The notes under the pieces: model-generated
Seen by the model: only the letters and a program-made list of their open reading frames with translations
The model's database searches: none
Told to the model about the DNA's origin: nothing
Program-made: the position numbers and the translations under genes
In this document: positions 50,309-62,520 of the stretch, in pieces
How positions within the stretch are numbered: the first letter of the stretch is position 1
How the letters are laid out: every line of letters begins with the position of its first letter
DNA from: Camelus dromedarius
Lineage: Eukaryota
Direction: 5' to 3'
Length of the DNA stretch: 64,000 nt
Assembly (NCBI RefSeq): GCF_036321535.1
Contig: NC_087437.1
Coordinates: 6,572,001 to 6,636,000, forward strand

Positions 50309-51534
50309 TCTAGAAGGCCCTGCTCTGGGCCTGTTTGGGTCATGCCCCTCCCTACGGGGCTCAAGGGGTCTGCAAGGTGTAGAAGGTGGGGTGCCCACTC
50401 AGACCCCAGGACCCACCTTCCAGTCCACCCTTTGGGTATTTGGATTTGGGAGTCTTGGATTTTTCCGCCAATTTCCAGGACCTGGTGGGCCTCTTCCCTG
50501 GGTTTCTCTTCCCAAAGAGGGACCATCTCACTGAAGTACACACCTGCAGTCCTGAAGGGTGGCCACAGGGTGGTTCTATGCAGCGTGGACAGACCTCTGC
50601 AGGCTCGTGTGCACACACCTGGGCATGCGGGCCCCTCACAGTTGAGACAGTCCAGGGGTGAGGACAGGTGAGGCTGAGCCCTAGCCAGGATCCAAAGGCC
50701 AGGGTTCGTTCCCCTCCTCCATGCTCCATCCACATAGAGCTCTGGGGGCCTGGGGATCTAAATCCTGGCATGGCTTTCCAGGTCATGATGAAGATACGTT
50801 TGTTAAGGCAAGAAAGTAAGACATATTTGATGTAACATTTTGTTCATCTGATTTCTGACCCTTAAGTATGTGGACATTTGGTGCATGGGCCTCTGCTTCC
50901 ACTCTTGTTCTGGGGGCTTCAGATGTTAGAGGTGGGCCTGCAGATTCGAATAAGCCAGATTCCATGATTTTTATAAAAGAAAAAGCGACTCCTTATTTTT
51001 TTTCTCCACTTTGTTGTAAACACAGGAATTCTTTCCTGGAGTCGGTGACTCCCCGAGAGGTAGCGCTGCACCTGCTGGAGATGGTGTGCCCCGGCAGTGG
51101 GCAGCCCACCAACCCGCGATGGAGTGGGCTACATGCATGCTTGTCTTTGTCCCCTCTCTCCCCCTTCCAAAGCCTGACACTCTGCACAAACTGCTGAGAC
51201 CAGCCAAGCACGGCCCGCGGCTCCTCCCCGGAATACTCAGAATGGGCAAAGCCTCTGAGATCTTGAGGCATGATTATTCTGAGTGCCGTGGGGTCAAGTG
51301 TTGGGTATTGCATTTTAAGGTATATTTTAAATCCTATTACAACTGGAGCTTCCAGTAAGTGGGTCCAGGCTTGTCTGGTAGAAAGGTTTCAAACAGCAGA
51401 AGAGTTTGTAGACACCGAAGACGCATAGACGCAATATGGTGCCAGGTGATGACCGACAAAATGTAGAAAGTTCCCAGGGACCCTTCTGTGGTTCTAAAGT
51501 TTTGATGGGCACCAGCTTGCCTTGAGGCTGATCA

Positions 51535-51670
51535 TGGCTGATCATGCAGGTCCCCCTGGGCCCCACCACGGGGGTTGTGATTCAGCAGAGCTGGGGAGGG
51601 GACCGGGATTTGACCTGTGTAATGAACACCCCAGCTCCTGTTGCAGGTGGCTCGTGGAACTCAGTGGAGC
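51535..51670. mobile_element. MER5-type fragment
   Basis: tgattcagcagagctggggaggggaccgggattt...aacacccc. Confidence 0.55.
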
Positions 51671-51759
51671 GCTTGCTCTCACGTTCAGGGGGAGGGTGTT
51701 GCTTTTAGCCAAAGTACAGCTTTTTCTGAAGAGGATAGAGGAGTCTTTTAGAGGCAGCA

Positions 51760-51985
51760 GAGCCTCCCTTGTGGTTGCCAACGTGAACTCTGGACCCGGG
51801 TCAGGTTCAAATCCCAGCTCCACTATTTGCTAGTTGTGTGACCTCAGACAAGTTATCATCTAAACCTCGTTTTCTCATGTGTAAAATGGGAATGATGCGT
51901 GAATTCTCACAGGGTTGTTCTGAGGATCATGTGTGTTAACAGCGCCTGGCACTACTTGCCCTCATATTATTATCTGCTGTTATTA
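51760..51985 (+). mobile_element. MIR SINE
   Basis: ggttcaaatcccagctccactatttgctagttgtgtgacctcagacaagtta...gttttctcatgtgtaaaatggg. Confidence 0.9.
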
Positions 51986-53399
51986 CTCCTCTAATAGGAA
52001 GGAATTTGGTAGCAGTGGAGTTTTTGCAGGAGTACTGCTTTTAGTGGATTTCTGAAGAAAATGGTGCTGAAGGAGTGAGCAGAAAACGTAAGAAGGTACT
52101 GAGGAAGTGAAAGTCGTTAGTGGAGTGGTGCCCTTGCTGTAGCTGGTTGTGGGCAGGTTGACCCCACTGGAAGGGTCATTCCCAGACCAGGATTACCTAC
52201 ACTCATTACCCAAACACCATGCATCTCTTCTGCTTCCAGGCAATGAGGTCTCATTAATGCTATAGAGGGAATCGTCCAGAAAGCACCACATTCAGCACCT
52301 GCTTCAGACACCCCGAGCTCCAAATGGAGAAAACAAGCAAAAAAAAAAAAAAAAAAAAATTGATTTAAATTATGCAGGTGGAGAGTAATTAAATATTGAT
52401 ATAATAATTATTAAATTATGCAGGTGTCGGGTAGGTTTATGTGAAACTTCTGGAATCACTGCGGGAGGGGTGCAGACAATGAAAAACCCTGCATGGGGCT
52501 CCGAGCTGGAAGACGGTGCCGGGGAGTTACGGTTCAACTGGGCAGCTGGTGAACGTCTCATCTGTCTGTAGGTAGACGTCTCTCTGGATGACTTCAGCCA
52601 AACCAAGAGCAAGGCTTCCCCCCACAAAGGCATAAGTGCACAGAAGAGCAGTCAGTCTTATCAGGCAATCTTAATGGAAAGAAAATAGCAGAAATGGAAA
52701 ATGTGGGAAATGTCCCAAAGAATCCTCTCTTCATTTAAAACCATAATCTTCAACACCATCAACAATAACCTCATGTTCATCTCCAAAGTCACGTAAAGGA
52801 TTTCAGAGCTGTAAAGAAATGGCTCAGAAATGAACAAATGGTAGAAAGGAGAGCACGAGGCGAGGTGTGAGGGACTGTGACGAGAGCTACCCAGGTCTGG
52901 ACCAGAAATGTGTCTGTAGATGGTGGCCCGGGATAGGCAGACTCACCCCAGCTAGTTTGTTGGAGGAAAATTCTTGTTCCAAGGCAGTGAATTTTTATGT
53001 TTGACCATTTTATCACTTGTGTCACTAAAAAGGAATGGGCCAGATGGTGGTCTCTAGTATGTTTTTCACAGTGTGGCGTCTGCAGAGGGGTTTACCTTAG
53101 TTGGCAATTAACAATCAGTCTGAACAGCTTCAACAAGAGTCCAGTGTTGAAAGGCAAGAAAGCCAAATGCTGCCATGCCCTTTAATTGCAAATCTCAGAT
53201 GAACTTAAATGTTCAGTTTTAAAAGCCGCAGTTGACAGTCATAGCCAATGGATAAGAGGACAACTTCGAGTATCTGCTCAAATAAGCCATTTTTTCCTCT
53301 TTCTCTCCATAAAATGCAAAAGGAAAAAAAATTACGGTTAAACCCAAGAGTTCTGATGGGTTGGCATGCTATGTTTTGAATTTGGTTTTGTGAGTTTCG

Positions 53400-53525
53400 A
53401 CTTTTTCTTGTTGACGTACCATCTTATGTTAGTTTCAGGTGTCCAACGTAGTGATTGGGCACTTACATACATTAGGAAATGACCCCCACCATCATCCTAC
53501 TACCCACCTGTCACTGTACAAAATC
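53400..53525 (-). mobile_element. Short L1 3' terminus (laurasiatherian-type)
   Basis: tatgttagtttcaggtgtccaacgtagtgatt...acccacctgtcactgtaca. Confidence 0.7.
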
Positions 53526-53551
53526 ACTTTGACTTTTTAAGGTTCGATAGC

Positions 53552-53756
53552 TTGGAGGGTTTCAAACTTGGAAGAGCTTCAGAACTATCTGGAGGTGGGG
53601 GACGCTTGTTAAAACCCAGCTTCCGGGGCCCCACTTTCAGGGTTTCTAATTCAGCAGAAACTTGCATTTCTAACAAGTTCCCAGGTGGAAGTTGCCGACT
53701 TCCCAGCGAGTTCTCTGCTGTGGGTCTGGGGACCACACGCACTTTGAAGATCACTG
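53552..53756. mobile_element. MER5A MITE
   Basis: tttcaaactt...cttgttaaaacccag...ttgcatttctaacaagttcccaggtg...ggggaccacac. Confidence 0.85.
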
Positions 53757-53775
53757 TTCCACTACATCCTCTGAT

Positions 53776-53945
53776 TCAGTTGGGCTCTTAATTTATTTTT
53801 AAGTCATAAATTCTTTTGAGAATCTGATGAAAGCCATAGACCCTTTCGTCAGAAAAAAGCACACAGCTAAACATAGACGCTGATAATTTTAGAGAATTTA
53901 TCCCAAGGGGGTTCCAAGAGTCTTTGCATAAAAGCTCTTGTCCTG
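53776..53945. mobile_element. hAT-Charlie MITE fragment
   Basis: tttgagaatctgatgaaagccatagaccct...agaaaaaagcaca. Confidence 0.6.
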
Positions 53946-53952
53946 TCGAGGG

Positions 53953-54146
53953 CAGAGGTCAGCAGACTTTTTCTGTAAATGTCAAGGCAGTAAATATTTT
54001 AGACTTTATGGGCCATCCAGACCCTACTGCATCTACTCAAGTCTGCCGGCATCACGGGAGAGCAGCCGTCAGCAGGAATGGGCGAGGCTGTGCTCCCCCA
54101 AGAACTGTATTTACAGAAACAGGTGCTGTGGTTTGCCAACCCTCAG
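53953..54146. mobile_element. MER58A MITE
   Basis: cagaggtcagcagactttttctgtaaa...gtaaatattttagacttt...gtggtttgccaaccc. Confidence 0.85.
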
Positions 54147-54147
54147 T

Positions 54148-54345
54148 CTGGAGTGTGGATATTGGAACCAGATATACCTGGGTCAGCAACTGTGCAAGCC
54201 TGGGGTCCACTCGGAACCTGGTAGAGCTTTGTTTTCCTCGTCTGGAAGATGGGAGGTAGCCATCTTGCTCTGAAGTATTGTGTTGAGAGTTCACTGACAT
54301 AATCCGCCCGAAGTTCCAAGCATTCCCCTTAAATGTTATGATTTT
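54148..54345 (+). mobile_element. MIR SINE (degenerate)
   Basis: ttggaaccagatatacctggg...gttttcctcgtctggaagatggg...ttgtgttgagagtt. Confidence 0.65.
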
Positions 54346-54589
54346 GATATTTAATAATATTAATAATAGTAAATGAACAAATGCTAGTGTGAAAGCCCTT
54401 TATGAGTCATACAGGTGTCGAAGAATATTAATTACGGTTATTGTGATTATTGTTAGGCAGAGAGGGTGCGTGAGAATTTCCCAAGTACAAGTGAAGAGCT
54501 TGGAATGTGCTATTTTGTTCTGGAATTGTGAAATAAGAGGGGTGGATGTCCAGTGAGGCCCCATGTGTCCTTGCCACTGTCTTTCTCTC

Positions 54590-54952
54590 CAAACTCACCC
54601 AGCCTCTGTACTGTGGACACCCTGATCTCCTCCCGTCCGTGTGATCTTCAGATAAACTCCCTTTTCCCTGGAATGCCCTTTCTTCTTCCTACCCGCTCCT
54701 TCAGGCCTCCGTTTGTGTCCCTTCCTCAGACAGCTGAGCATGTAGGACTTATTTTCCTTTGACAAGTGACACTTGTTAGACTTTGTACCTATTTATTTGT
54801 TAATTTACTTGATTTATGAATGTCTTCCCCCACAGAACTGTAGGCTTCTGGAGGTCTGGACCATGTCTGCTTTGGTTGTCACCATGTAGCTGGAGTTGAG
54901 CACCAGGCCTGGTACTTAAAGGATGTTCAAGAAATATTTAGTGAATGAATGA
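54590..54952 (+). mobile_element. L2 3' region
   Basis: cctggaatgcccttt...aactgtaggcttctggagg...gcctggtacttaaaggatgttcaagaaatatttagtgaatgaatga. Confidence 0.8.
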
Positions 54953-57900
54953 GCCAACTTTATCCAAGGTTATTCTTGGCTAAAAGTCAAATAATGAAAC
55001 TTTGCCCTTGGAGCCCTCTGGCAGTGTCCTCTCCCTGAGGGGGGAGGGGGGAAGGTGAGAGTGCAGGGGTGGGGAGCTCCCTACTCAGGCAGTTCCATGC
55101 TTATGTTGCCTCCACGGTGTTCCATAAGGCCCCCACCCACCCTAAACATAGGGCTTCAGTGCCCAACTGTCTTGTCATAAAGACTATCTCAAACAAATTC
55201 CGCTCTGTAGTGATGGGTCTTTTTGTCCAGGAGTGATTGGCTTTAACACAGAACTCTGGGCCTGCAAAACCTTGACACCAGAGCAGAGCTCTTCAGTGGT
55301 GGCTTCTCGGTGGAAGTAGATGGATGCATGGGATACACTATGGAAGAGGGGCCATGGCTGGAATCCTTCAAATCACAACCCAGTGTCAGATGTCCGCTCT
55401 GAAGCAGGCATCAGGGCAAATGTTTAGATCTGAGAGCGGCGTTTGCTACCCCTACAGGAAAACCTCATTGATGTCCCCAAGCATACTGATGTAACATATA
55501 ACCAACGCAGGACTCGCACTGAGCAGATAATCCCACACCTCCCTCACCTCCAGCTGTGATGCACAGTTGGGCTGAGAAGTTGCAGAGCTCCCTTGGAATA
55601 CGTTTTCAAGTGGTTGGTGACAATTTGGGGGATCGAGTCTATTTCTTCCTACCATGTAGATCATCCACTACCGGCCATACACGCTCTTCTGCCACTAGAA
55701 AAAAAAAAAATTCACTCTCCCAGCCTTTCACTGAATACAGAGAGTTTTGAACTGAGCTCCTTAAAATATCAATGCTCCATATTACTCCCCAGATACAGAT
55801 ATAAATCTTTATAATGGCACACTTTACAAGCAGCACTCCGGAGTCTTCTCCGATTGGTAATCACAGTGTTTCCTTATTAATACTCTAAAAAATGTAAAAG
55901 GCATAAACATTTTGCAATCTATCTGTTCTTTCTGTGCGGGCATACATCAGGGGCTGCTTTAAGCATTCCTAATGGTTCACCCATCACATTTTTTATGAGT
56001 TTATATGCGAAGAAAATTGTACCAGAAAACTGAATTCAATGACTGCCATTCTATGAATAAATTCTGTTATCTTTGATACTCTGGGTATAATAAAAACCTA
56101 CAAAAGTTAAATTTCAGCATCCTTGTAGACTTATGTCAACTATTTTTAATGTCAATAAGACCCTGCTGTTCAACCAATGTCTCTTCCCTCCAAAAAAATA
56201 GTGCTTGATTTTCAGGTTATGTTTTCATTAAAACAACTTGTTTTTAACTGTGAGATGCTGTGTATGTTTGCTAATTTATGTATACTACAAAGTCTGATCA
56301 AAATGAAGAGTTATAATTTTAAGACACGGAGCTCAGTAAAAATCTATCTAGACTTTGGATGAAAGATTAAAATAAAAGTCAGGTGTCCATAAAGTATGTT
56401 TTATGTAAGTTAGATCAGAAAATATCTTGGTAGAGTAACTTTGATCAAGCAGATTCTTTATCCTTTTGTATTTACACACATCCCTCTGTGATCAGAGGGC
56501 AAATTTTACATTGTATCCTATAGGTATAATCTGTAAATAAGATACTGGTCTTTAAGATCATCTGTGAGTTTTTTTTTTTTTAAATGCCATGCTGTAAATA
56601 AAACAAAGAGTAGATTTTCCTGAACTGTCCAGTTTCAATAATTGTAAATTGATTCACTGTGCTTCCTTCACAGGATAAAAAACTCTTAAGCAACTTCTTT
56701 AACATGTGGAAATCCTTGAAGTGCAGAGCATTTCCCCATAGTATAGACCCCCAGGCTCTCAGCTGCCCATCCAAAGGTCTGTCAGTTTCCTTGGGGTGGG
56801 GAGGGTGTTGAATTTTTATCTCCAAAAGATCTAACCTACCTAAGCAGCCATTTTTTAAATAGTTTAATTGCTAAGACACAAGAAAATTGAAATTAACGTC
56901 CCCAAGAAATTGAAAAATTTCAAAGCTCTGAAAACCTCTGCTGCCTTCACTCCCACCCACCCTGCATGCCCTAATGAGTCCACATATACAAGCTACAAAC
57001 TGAAGAAGATATCGCAGTTCCTTGCTAGTGACATGGTCCCGTTCCTTGGATTTGTATGACCCTCCAGACTTAGTTATTGACATTTGGGACCTCAGGTTTC
57101 CTCCATTCTCTTAAGCTTTGCCCCATGGGAGGTTTCTGCCTCTTCTCCTGGTCTCAGGCTACACCTTAGCCCCTCTGCATGTAGGAAAAGCAGCAAACGA
57201 TGTGGACAAAAGTGCATTTTGAGGTATGTAAAACAAAATGCACTCTCAAGTCTAGTAGAATTTTAAAAGAAATCATTCTTTTTTTCTTTTGGAAATAAGC
57301 AGGCAATTGAAATAAAAGTGCCTCCCTGGCCTAAATATATGTCAGATGACCTGAATTCTCTATTCGCCTCTGAAGACAGCATCTGATCTTGTCCACAAAC
57401 AAAATTTCCCAGAAAAATTAAAGCTGTGGAAAAAGAACGCAGTCTCAGGAGCAGGTCTGTTAGGCAGGCTGTTGGAATTTCACTGGACCCACCCTAACTT
57501 CTTTTGGGGTGTTCCCTGGTGTTTTTTCCATGACTGGGCTGAAACATCTTTTCTAGACCCATCCAGCCAGATGACTCCATTTGAGCAAATGAGTGTTTTG
57601 TTTTCTTTTAAAATTGCATGCGAAGATGCTTATTTGTGAAGAAGATTCCAGAACTGGCATCCTTGGAAGTTAATCTGATTAATACGTGCTTAGCTATATA
57701 ATTTTGGCTCTTCCTTGAGGCTGAGGTTCTGGCCTCCAGCCAGCCTGCAATTATCCCCAAGTCTCAGGGCACACCTTGTAGATACCCCTGTACGGAGGAG
57801 ACGGCTTGATTGGATTTATGGATAGCAGAAACAACACCTTATAACCAGGAAACACTCATTAAGCATCTCATCTTCCAGAATTTCACAATCCTCTCTCTCC

Positions 57901-58269
57901 TTTTTCCATGTTCATTGGCACTACAAAGAGATTTTTGTTTTGCTTTGTTTTGCTTTGTTTTTGCACGACACTTTCTAAAGTTTTTGCACGACACTTTCTA
58001 AAGTTTTTGCTTGCTCGGAGGAGGTGATTGTCAGAATTAAGGAGAAAGTGGAATCAACATGGCTTGCAACTGTTCACCCTGGAGAGGTTAAGCCAACATG
58101 TCATGATGGTGCTCAGACTTAGACACACGTTGAATCAATTGGAACTAGACAGTGGATAACTAATTTTTTCAGAGCTGTGCTCTTATTATTTTAATTTTGT
58201 TAGCAGGAACAGTTCTATACAATTTCTCCACCAGCTTCTGGGATATATCTCCATTGTGCATTCTCTCTC

Positions 58270-58637
58270 TTTTTAAAAATTTTTTTTAAAACTTTGATTT
58301 TTTATTGAAGTGTAGTTGATTTACAATGTTAGTTTCAAGGGTACAGCAACACAATTCAGTTATACACACATATGTATTTTTTCAGATTCTTTTCCATTAT
58401 ATGTTGTTGTAAGAAATTGAATATAGTTCCCTGTGCTATACGTAGGTCCTTGTTGTTTATCTATTTTATACATAGTAGTGTGTATCTGCTAATCCCAAAC
58501 TCCTAATCTATACTTCCCCTGCCCTTTCCCCTTTGGTAACCACAGTTTGTTTTCTATGTCTGTGCATCAATTTTTGGTTTGTAAATAAGATTTGTATCTT
58601 CTTTTTATATTCCACATATAAGTGATGTCATAAGATA
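58270..58637 (-). mobile_element. Young L1 3' end (type B), 5'-truncated
   Basis: attgaagtgtagttgatttacaatgttagtttc... TSD tgtgcattctctYtc at 58255-58269 and 58638-58652. Confidence 0.92.
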
Positions 58638-58652
58638 TGTGCATTCTCTTTC

Positions 58653-58795
58653 TTTTTTTTAAATAACTTTTTTTATTGAGTTATAGTCAGTTTACAATGT
58701 TGAGTCAATTTCCAGTGTAGAGCACAATTTTTCAGTTATACATGAACATACACATATTCATTGTCATATTCTTTTTCGCTGTGAGCTACCACAAT
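58653..58795 (-). mobile_element. Young L1 3' end (type A), severely 5'-truncated
   Basis: ttattgagttatagtcagtttacaatg...catgaacataca. TSD ataagatatgtgcRttctctttc at 58630-58652 and 58796-58818. Confidence 0.92.
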
Positions 58796-59069
58796 ATAAG
58801 ATATGTGCGTTCTCTTTCGATGCACAATGTGAGGGTTTGACGTTGAAGAAATTTGATGGGCGTTTTCAAGATGGCAGTCCCATTAGTTATTTCACATTTC
58901 ACTTGCAGCCCCTGGTACGCAGATTTACACAAATGGCACTTCTTGTGTAGACTAGAATCAGACAAATGGCTTCTGGCTCCCCAGACTCTTCTGCCCTCTC
59001 TCTGATTCACAAGATGGCCTGGGAGCAACTTTGAGGATCCAGTCAGGTCACATTTTTAACAAATTAGGG

Positions 59070-59190
59070 GAGTTAAGTTTTTGCCAAGCACTTTCTATGT
59101 GTAGAACACTAGGTGTTGTGAGGATAAAGAAACTTTAGGGTATAGGTCTTGTTGCTAAAGAAATTCATAATCTAGTTGGAGAGTTTGGGC
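59070..59190 (-). mobile_element. L2 3' fragment
   Basis: ccaagcactttctatgtgtagaacactagg...aattcataatctagttggaga. Confidence 0.55.
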
Positions 59191-60449
59191 AGGTCTAACT
59201 TAAACACCTGTGGGTTGGCACCCAACAAGAAAGAAAGGATTCCAAATATTTCACCTCTACCAAGAATAAAGCCAACATCAATTTCAACCCCAACCCAACC
59301 TCAGCCTCAAACTTAACCCCTCCAAAACAATAGTAAATCTCTGGTATTGAATCCCTTGAACATGCTCGGTATTGTGATGTGTTCTTTGTCTATGTGATGT
59401 TATTTAGTTCTGAACTGTATTTGGCTTTGACCCTGCTTTATCTTTTCAGCCAATTCATGTGCCAGGCAACCTCTTGCACAGGCTTGGGTTGAGCTGGATG
59501 GCCATCCAAGCCACTAAACAGCTGCCCCAGATTTTTGACTACATGTTCCCAAAGCCATCCAGAGAGCTGTAACCCAAGGCGTCTACATGTTTTGGAAATT
59601 TGGTAATGCCTGGACTGAAAGAAATCTGAAGTAACATCCTAGGATGTTAGAGTGCCCCATTCTCTCAGTCCCCAAAGGGCACCTATCTCCTTGATGAATT
59701 TCAAAGAGTAGAAAAGTTCTCTAATAATAGTCTCAATATGTTTCTTCTACATCTGCAGCTTCTTTACCAGATGGACTTCAAGATCCGGCTGTCTTTAAGG
59801 TTGCTCAGATTGTAGGCTCTGTGTGGTTGAGAAAAAAGACAGTCTCAAGAGTTGACTTGGATTTCCACTGAGTTCTGGGTTTCTATCTGTACTGCTACAA
59901 AGAACTACCTGATTGCACCACCGCCATCTCTGAAGTGTCAGCATAAGTTGAGTGTTAATTCTCCAAACTCCGTTAAGTCAAGACAACTGGTGAGTTCATT
60001 TAACCTGGCTTTCACCAAATAACAGATTGTTTCAGGAATAGAATTTGTGAAGTGTGCTCAGAATTTTTTTGTTTTGGTGGGAGGTAGGGAAAAGCTACAT
60101 ACATTGGTGCCAAAGTAGACCAGATAGCTACTTTGGAAACTCGTCCTTTTGTTCTTGCTGTTCCTACTAAAATATGGAGAGATACCCTAAGTAAGATATG
60201 GAAGAAGCACCCCAAAAGCTGATGGATTCCAAATGTTAGTTGAATGCTATCCGCCACTTTTCATACATTGATTTTCTTTCTTAACCCTGAAAGAACTGAG
60301 GCTTGGAGGAGTTGAATCACACAGCCAGCTTCTTACATCAGCCTTTCATGTTCCTTCCACTAATGCTTTGCTCCTTTAAAGTTGTTTTCAACAAATCTTA
60401 GAAAAAGCTTAGACACTCTGAAAAGGCTTTATATGAAAAGAAAAATTAT

Positions 60450-61239
60450 TTTAAGATGTTTTCCGGTTTTGTTGGGATAAAACTGACATATAACATTGTG
60501 TAAGTTTAAGGTGTGCAGTGTATTGACTTGGTCCATATATGTTGTAACATAATATGATTATTACCATAACTACTGTAGCTAACACCTCCTTCATGTAACA
60601 TAACTTTTTTTTTTTGTAGTGAGAACATTCAAGATCTACTCTTTTAGCAACTTTCAAGTATATAATATAGTATTGTTGACTATAATTGCAATGGGTGTGC
60701 ATTACATCTGTGGATTTATTCATCTTCTGACCTGAAGTTTGTACCCTTTGAGTAACATCTCCCCACTTCTGCCATCCCTTAGGCCCTGGTACCACACTAT
60801 ACTTCTGTTTCTATGAGTTTGGTTTTTTTGGATTCTACATGTAGGTGCTATCATATAGTATTTGTCCTTCTCTGTCTGACTTATTTTATTTAGCAGAGTG
60901 CTATCAAGCTGCATCCATGTTGTCACAAAAGGCAGGATGTCCTTCTTATAGCTGAATAATATTCCATGGCATATATATCACATCTTCTTTATCCAGTCAT
61001 CCATCGATGGACACTTAGGTTGCTTCCATATCTTGGCTGTTGTAAATAGTGCTACAATGAACACTGGAATAGGTATATCTTTTCATACTAGTGTTTTTGT
61101 TTTCTTTGGCTAAATACTCAGAAGTGGAATTACTGGATTGTATGGTAGCTCTAGTCATAGTTGTTTGAGGAAACTCCATGCTGTTTTCCATAGTGGCTGC
61201 GACAATTTACATTCCCATCAACAGTGCACAAGAGTCCAG
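60450..61239 (-). mobile_element. L1MA-type 3' end (about 790 bp)
   Basis: gtgagaacattcaagatctactcttttagcaactttcaagtata...caatttacattcccatcaacagtgcacaag. Degenerate TSD aagaaaaaYtat at 60438-60449 and 61240-61251. Confidence 0.9.
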
Positions 61240-61479
61240 AAGAAAAACTATCATAGCCTTAAAATAGATGGCTCTTTCTCTCCTGTCCTGTTTCTCATTC
61301 AGCATCACTAAGGGAGACAGGATAAATGACCTGAGAAGGATATTAGAGAATGTGTTCACCACAGCTGGGGCACAGGGCTCCTTATCTGTATCCACTATAA
61401 TGCACCAATAGAAACACAGAAGAAACCTGATGTGAGCATTAACATGAATGTTGCCAAAAGAAGACTGGGCTTCCAGGTT

Positions 61480-61780
61480 CTAACATTAGCTCATCGTTCT
61501 GACCAATGATTGGTTGGTCTGGGGGTGGGTCCCAGACCTAATAGCACCAATCACAGTATTTTGCCCTCACCGGTCAAAGCTGATTGGTCCAGGACAGAGC
61601 TCCTGACCAAAGCTAGGCACTCAAAGTGCTTCCTTGGGATTTTAAAATTTGGCATCAGAAAGGCTATCAGCCAGTCTCTCTAATGGTTGTCTCCCCGGTG
61701 TCGATGAAACTGTGCAGCTGCTATAGCCATGCTTTCTGCCATTGTGCAGAGAGAAAGAGAAACAAAAAATGGAGAGTGAC
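61480..61780 (+). mobile_element. MLT1J/K-like MaLR LTR fragment
   Basis: ctgattggtccagg...tgaccaaagctagg...ttccttgggatttt. Confidence 0.55.
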
Positions 61781-62379
61781 CTGGCAGCACTCACCCCTTG
61801 CTTCACACCAACCTTCATCTCTGTAGGTCTCTGGTCAACTCTTCCTTTGAATTGCTGATTCAACACTATCCATGTTCTCAGCTGTTTTCAGGGTGTTTGT
61901 TTTGAGAGGTGCATATGGAAAAGGCCAAATGAGGTGATTAGGAAGCAGTGTGGATGTTCCACACCCCAGTTCCTTTGCTGGGGGCAGACTTGCCTCGTGG
62001 ACATAGCAGAGAGACAGGCTGAGAATCAAGACGGGGGAAAAGCTCACTTTTCTTGGAAGACATTTGGCTGGGGGTTGGGGAGAGGTGGAAAAGGTGAAGA
62101 CAGGATTCAGGTGGGGGCAGGCAGGCTGGTGAGTGGAAACTCTTCTCTGAATATTTATATCCACTGCTGCTTCCTGGGGTATCTTGTCTGTGTACCCCGG
62201 TCCTGCTGCTAGAGCAGTGTGCTTCTGGGTGGTTCTGTAAGCCTGAATAGGGATGGATCCCTTTCTTTGTCTGTAAATAGAGGGCTTGCTATACACCTGA
62301 CACTTACAGACATTCATACATAAAGATGTATTTATATATGTTACATACGTACTTTCAAATCTGTTTACATATGTCTCAT

Positions 62380-62520
62380 AGTATTATCATAAAGTTGGAA
62401 ATTGTTATCCACACTTTACAGATGAGAACCAGAGACGGCAGAGGTCAATACACTGAGTGTCACACAGCTGTAGAGTGACAGTCGGGGTGGGAATGCAGCC
62501 CCTGACCCCAAGTTGAATTG
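62380..62520 (-). mobile_element. MIR SINE
   Basis: cactttacagatgagaaccagagacggcagaggtc...tcacacagct. Confidence 0.8.

Noticed and set aside
51052..51068. CTCF-like site ccgagaggtagcgc
   Set aside because: Several mismatches to the core. Cannot be supported without PWM or ChIP data.
50083..51833. Cluster of overlapping ORFs suggesting a gene
   Set aside because: GC-rich sequence containing MER5 and MIR fragments, with no consistent exon structure or homology.
52365..58010. Direct repeats as a CRISPR-like array
   Set aside because: Only two copies each, unrelated to each other, in eukaryotic context with no cas genes.
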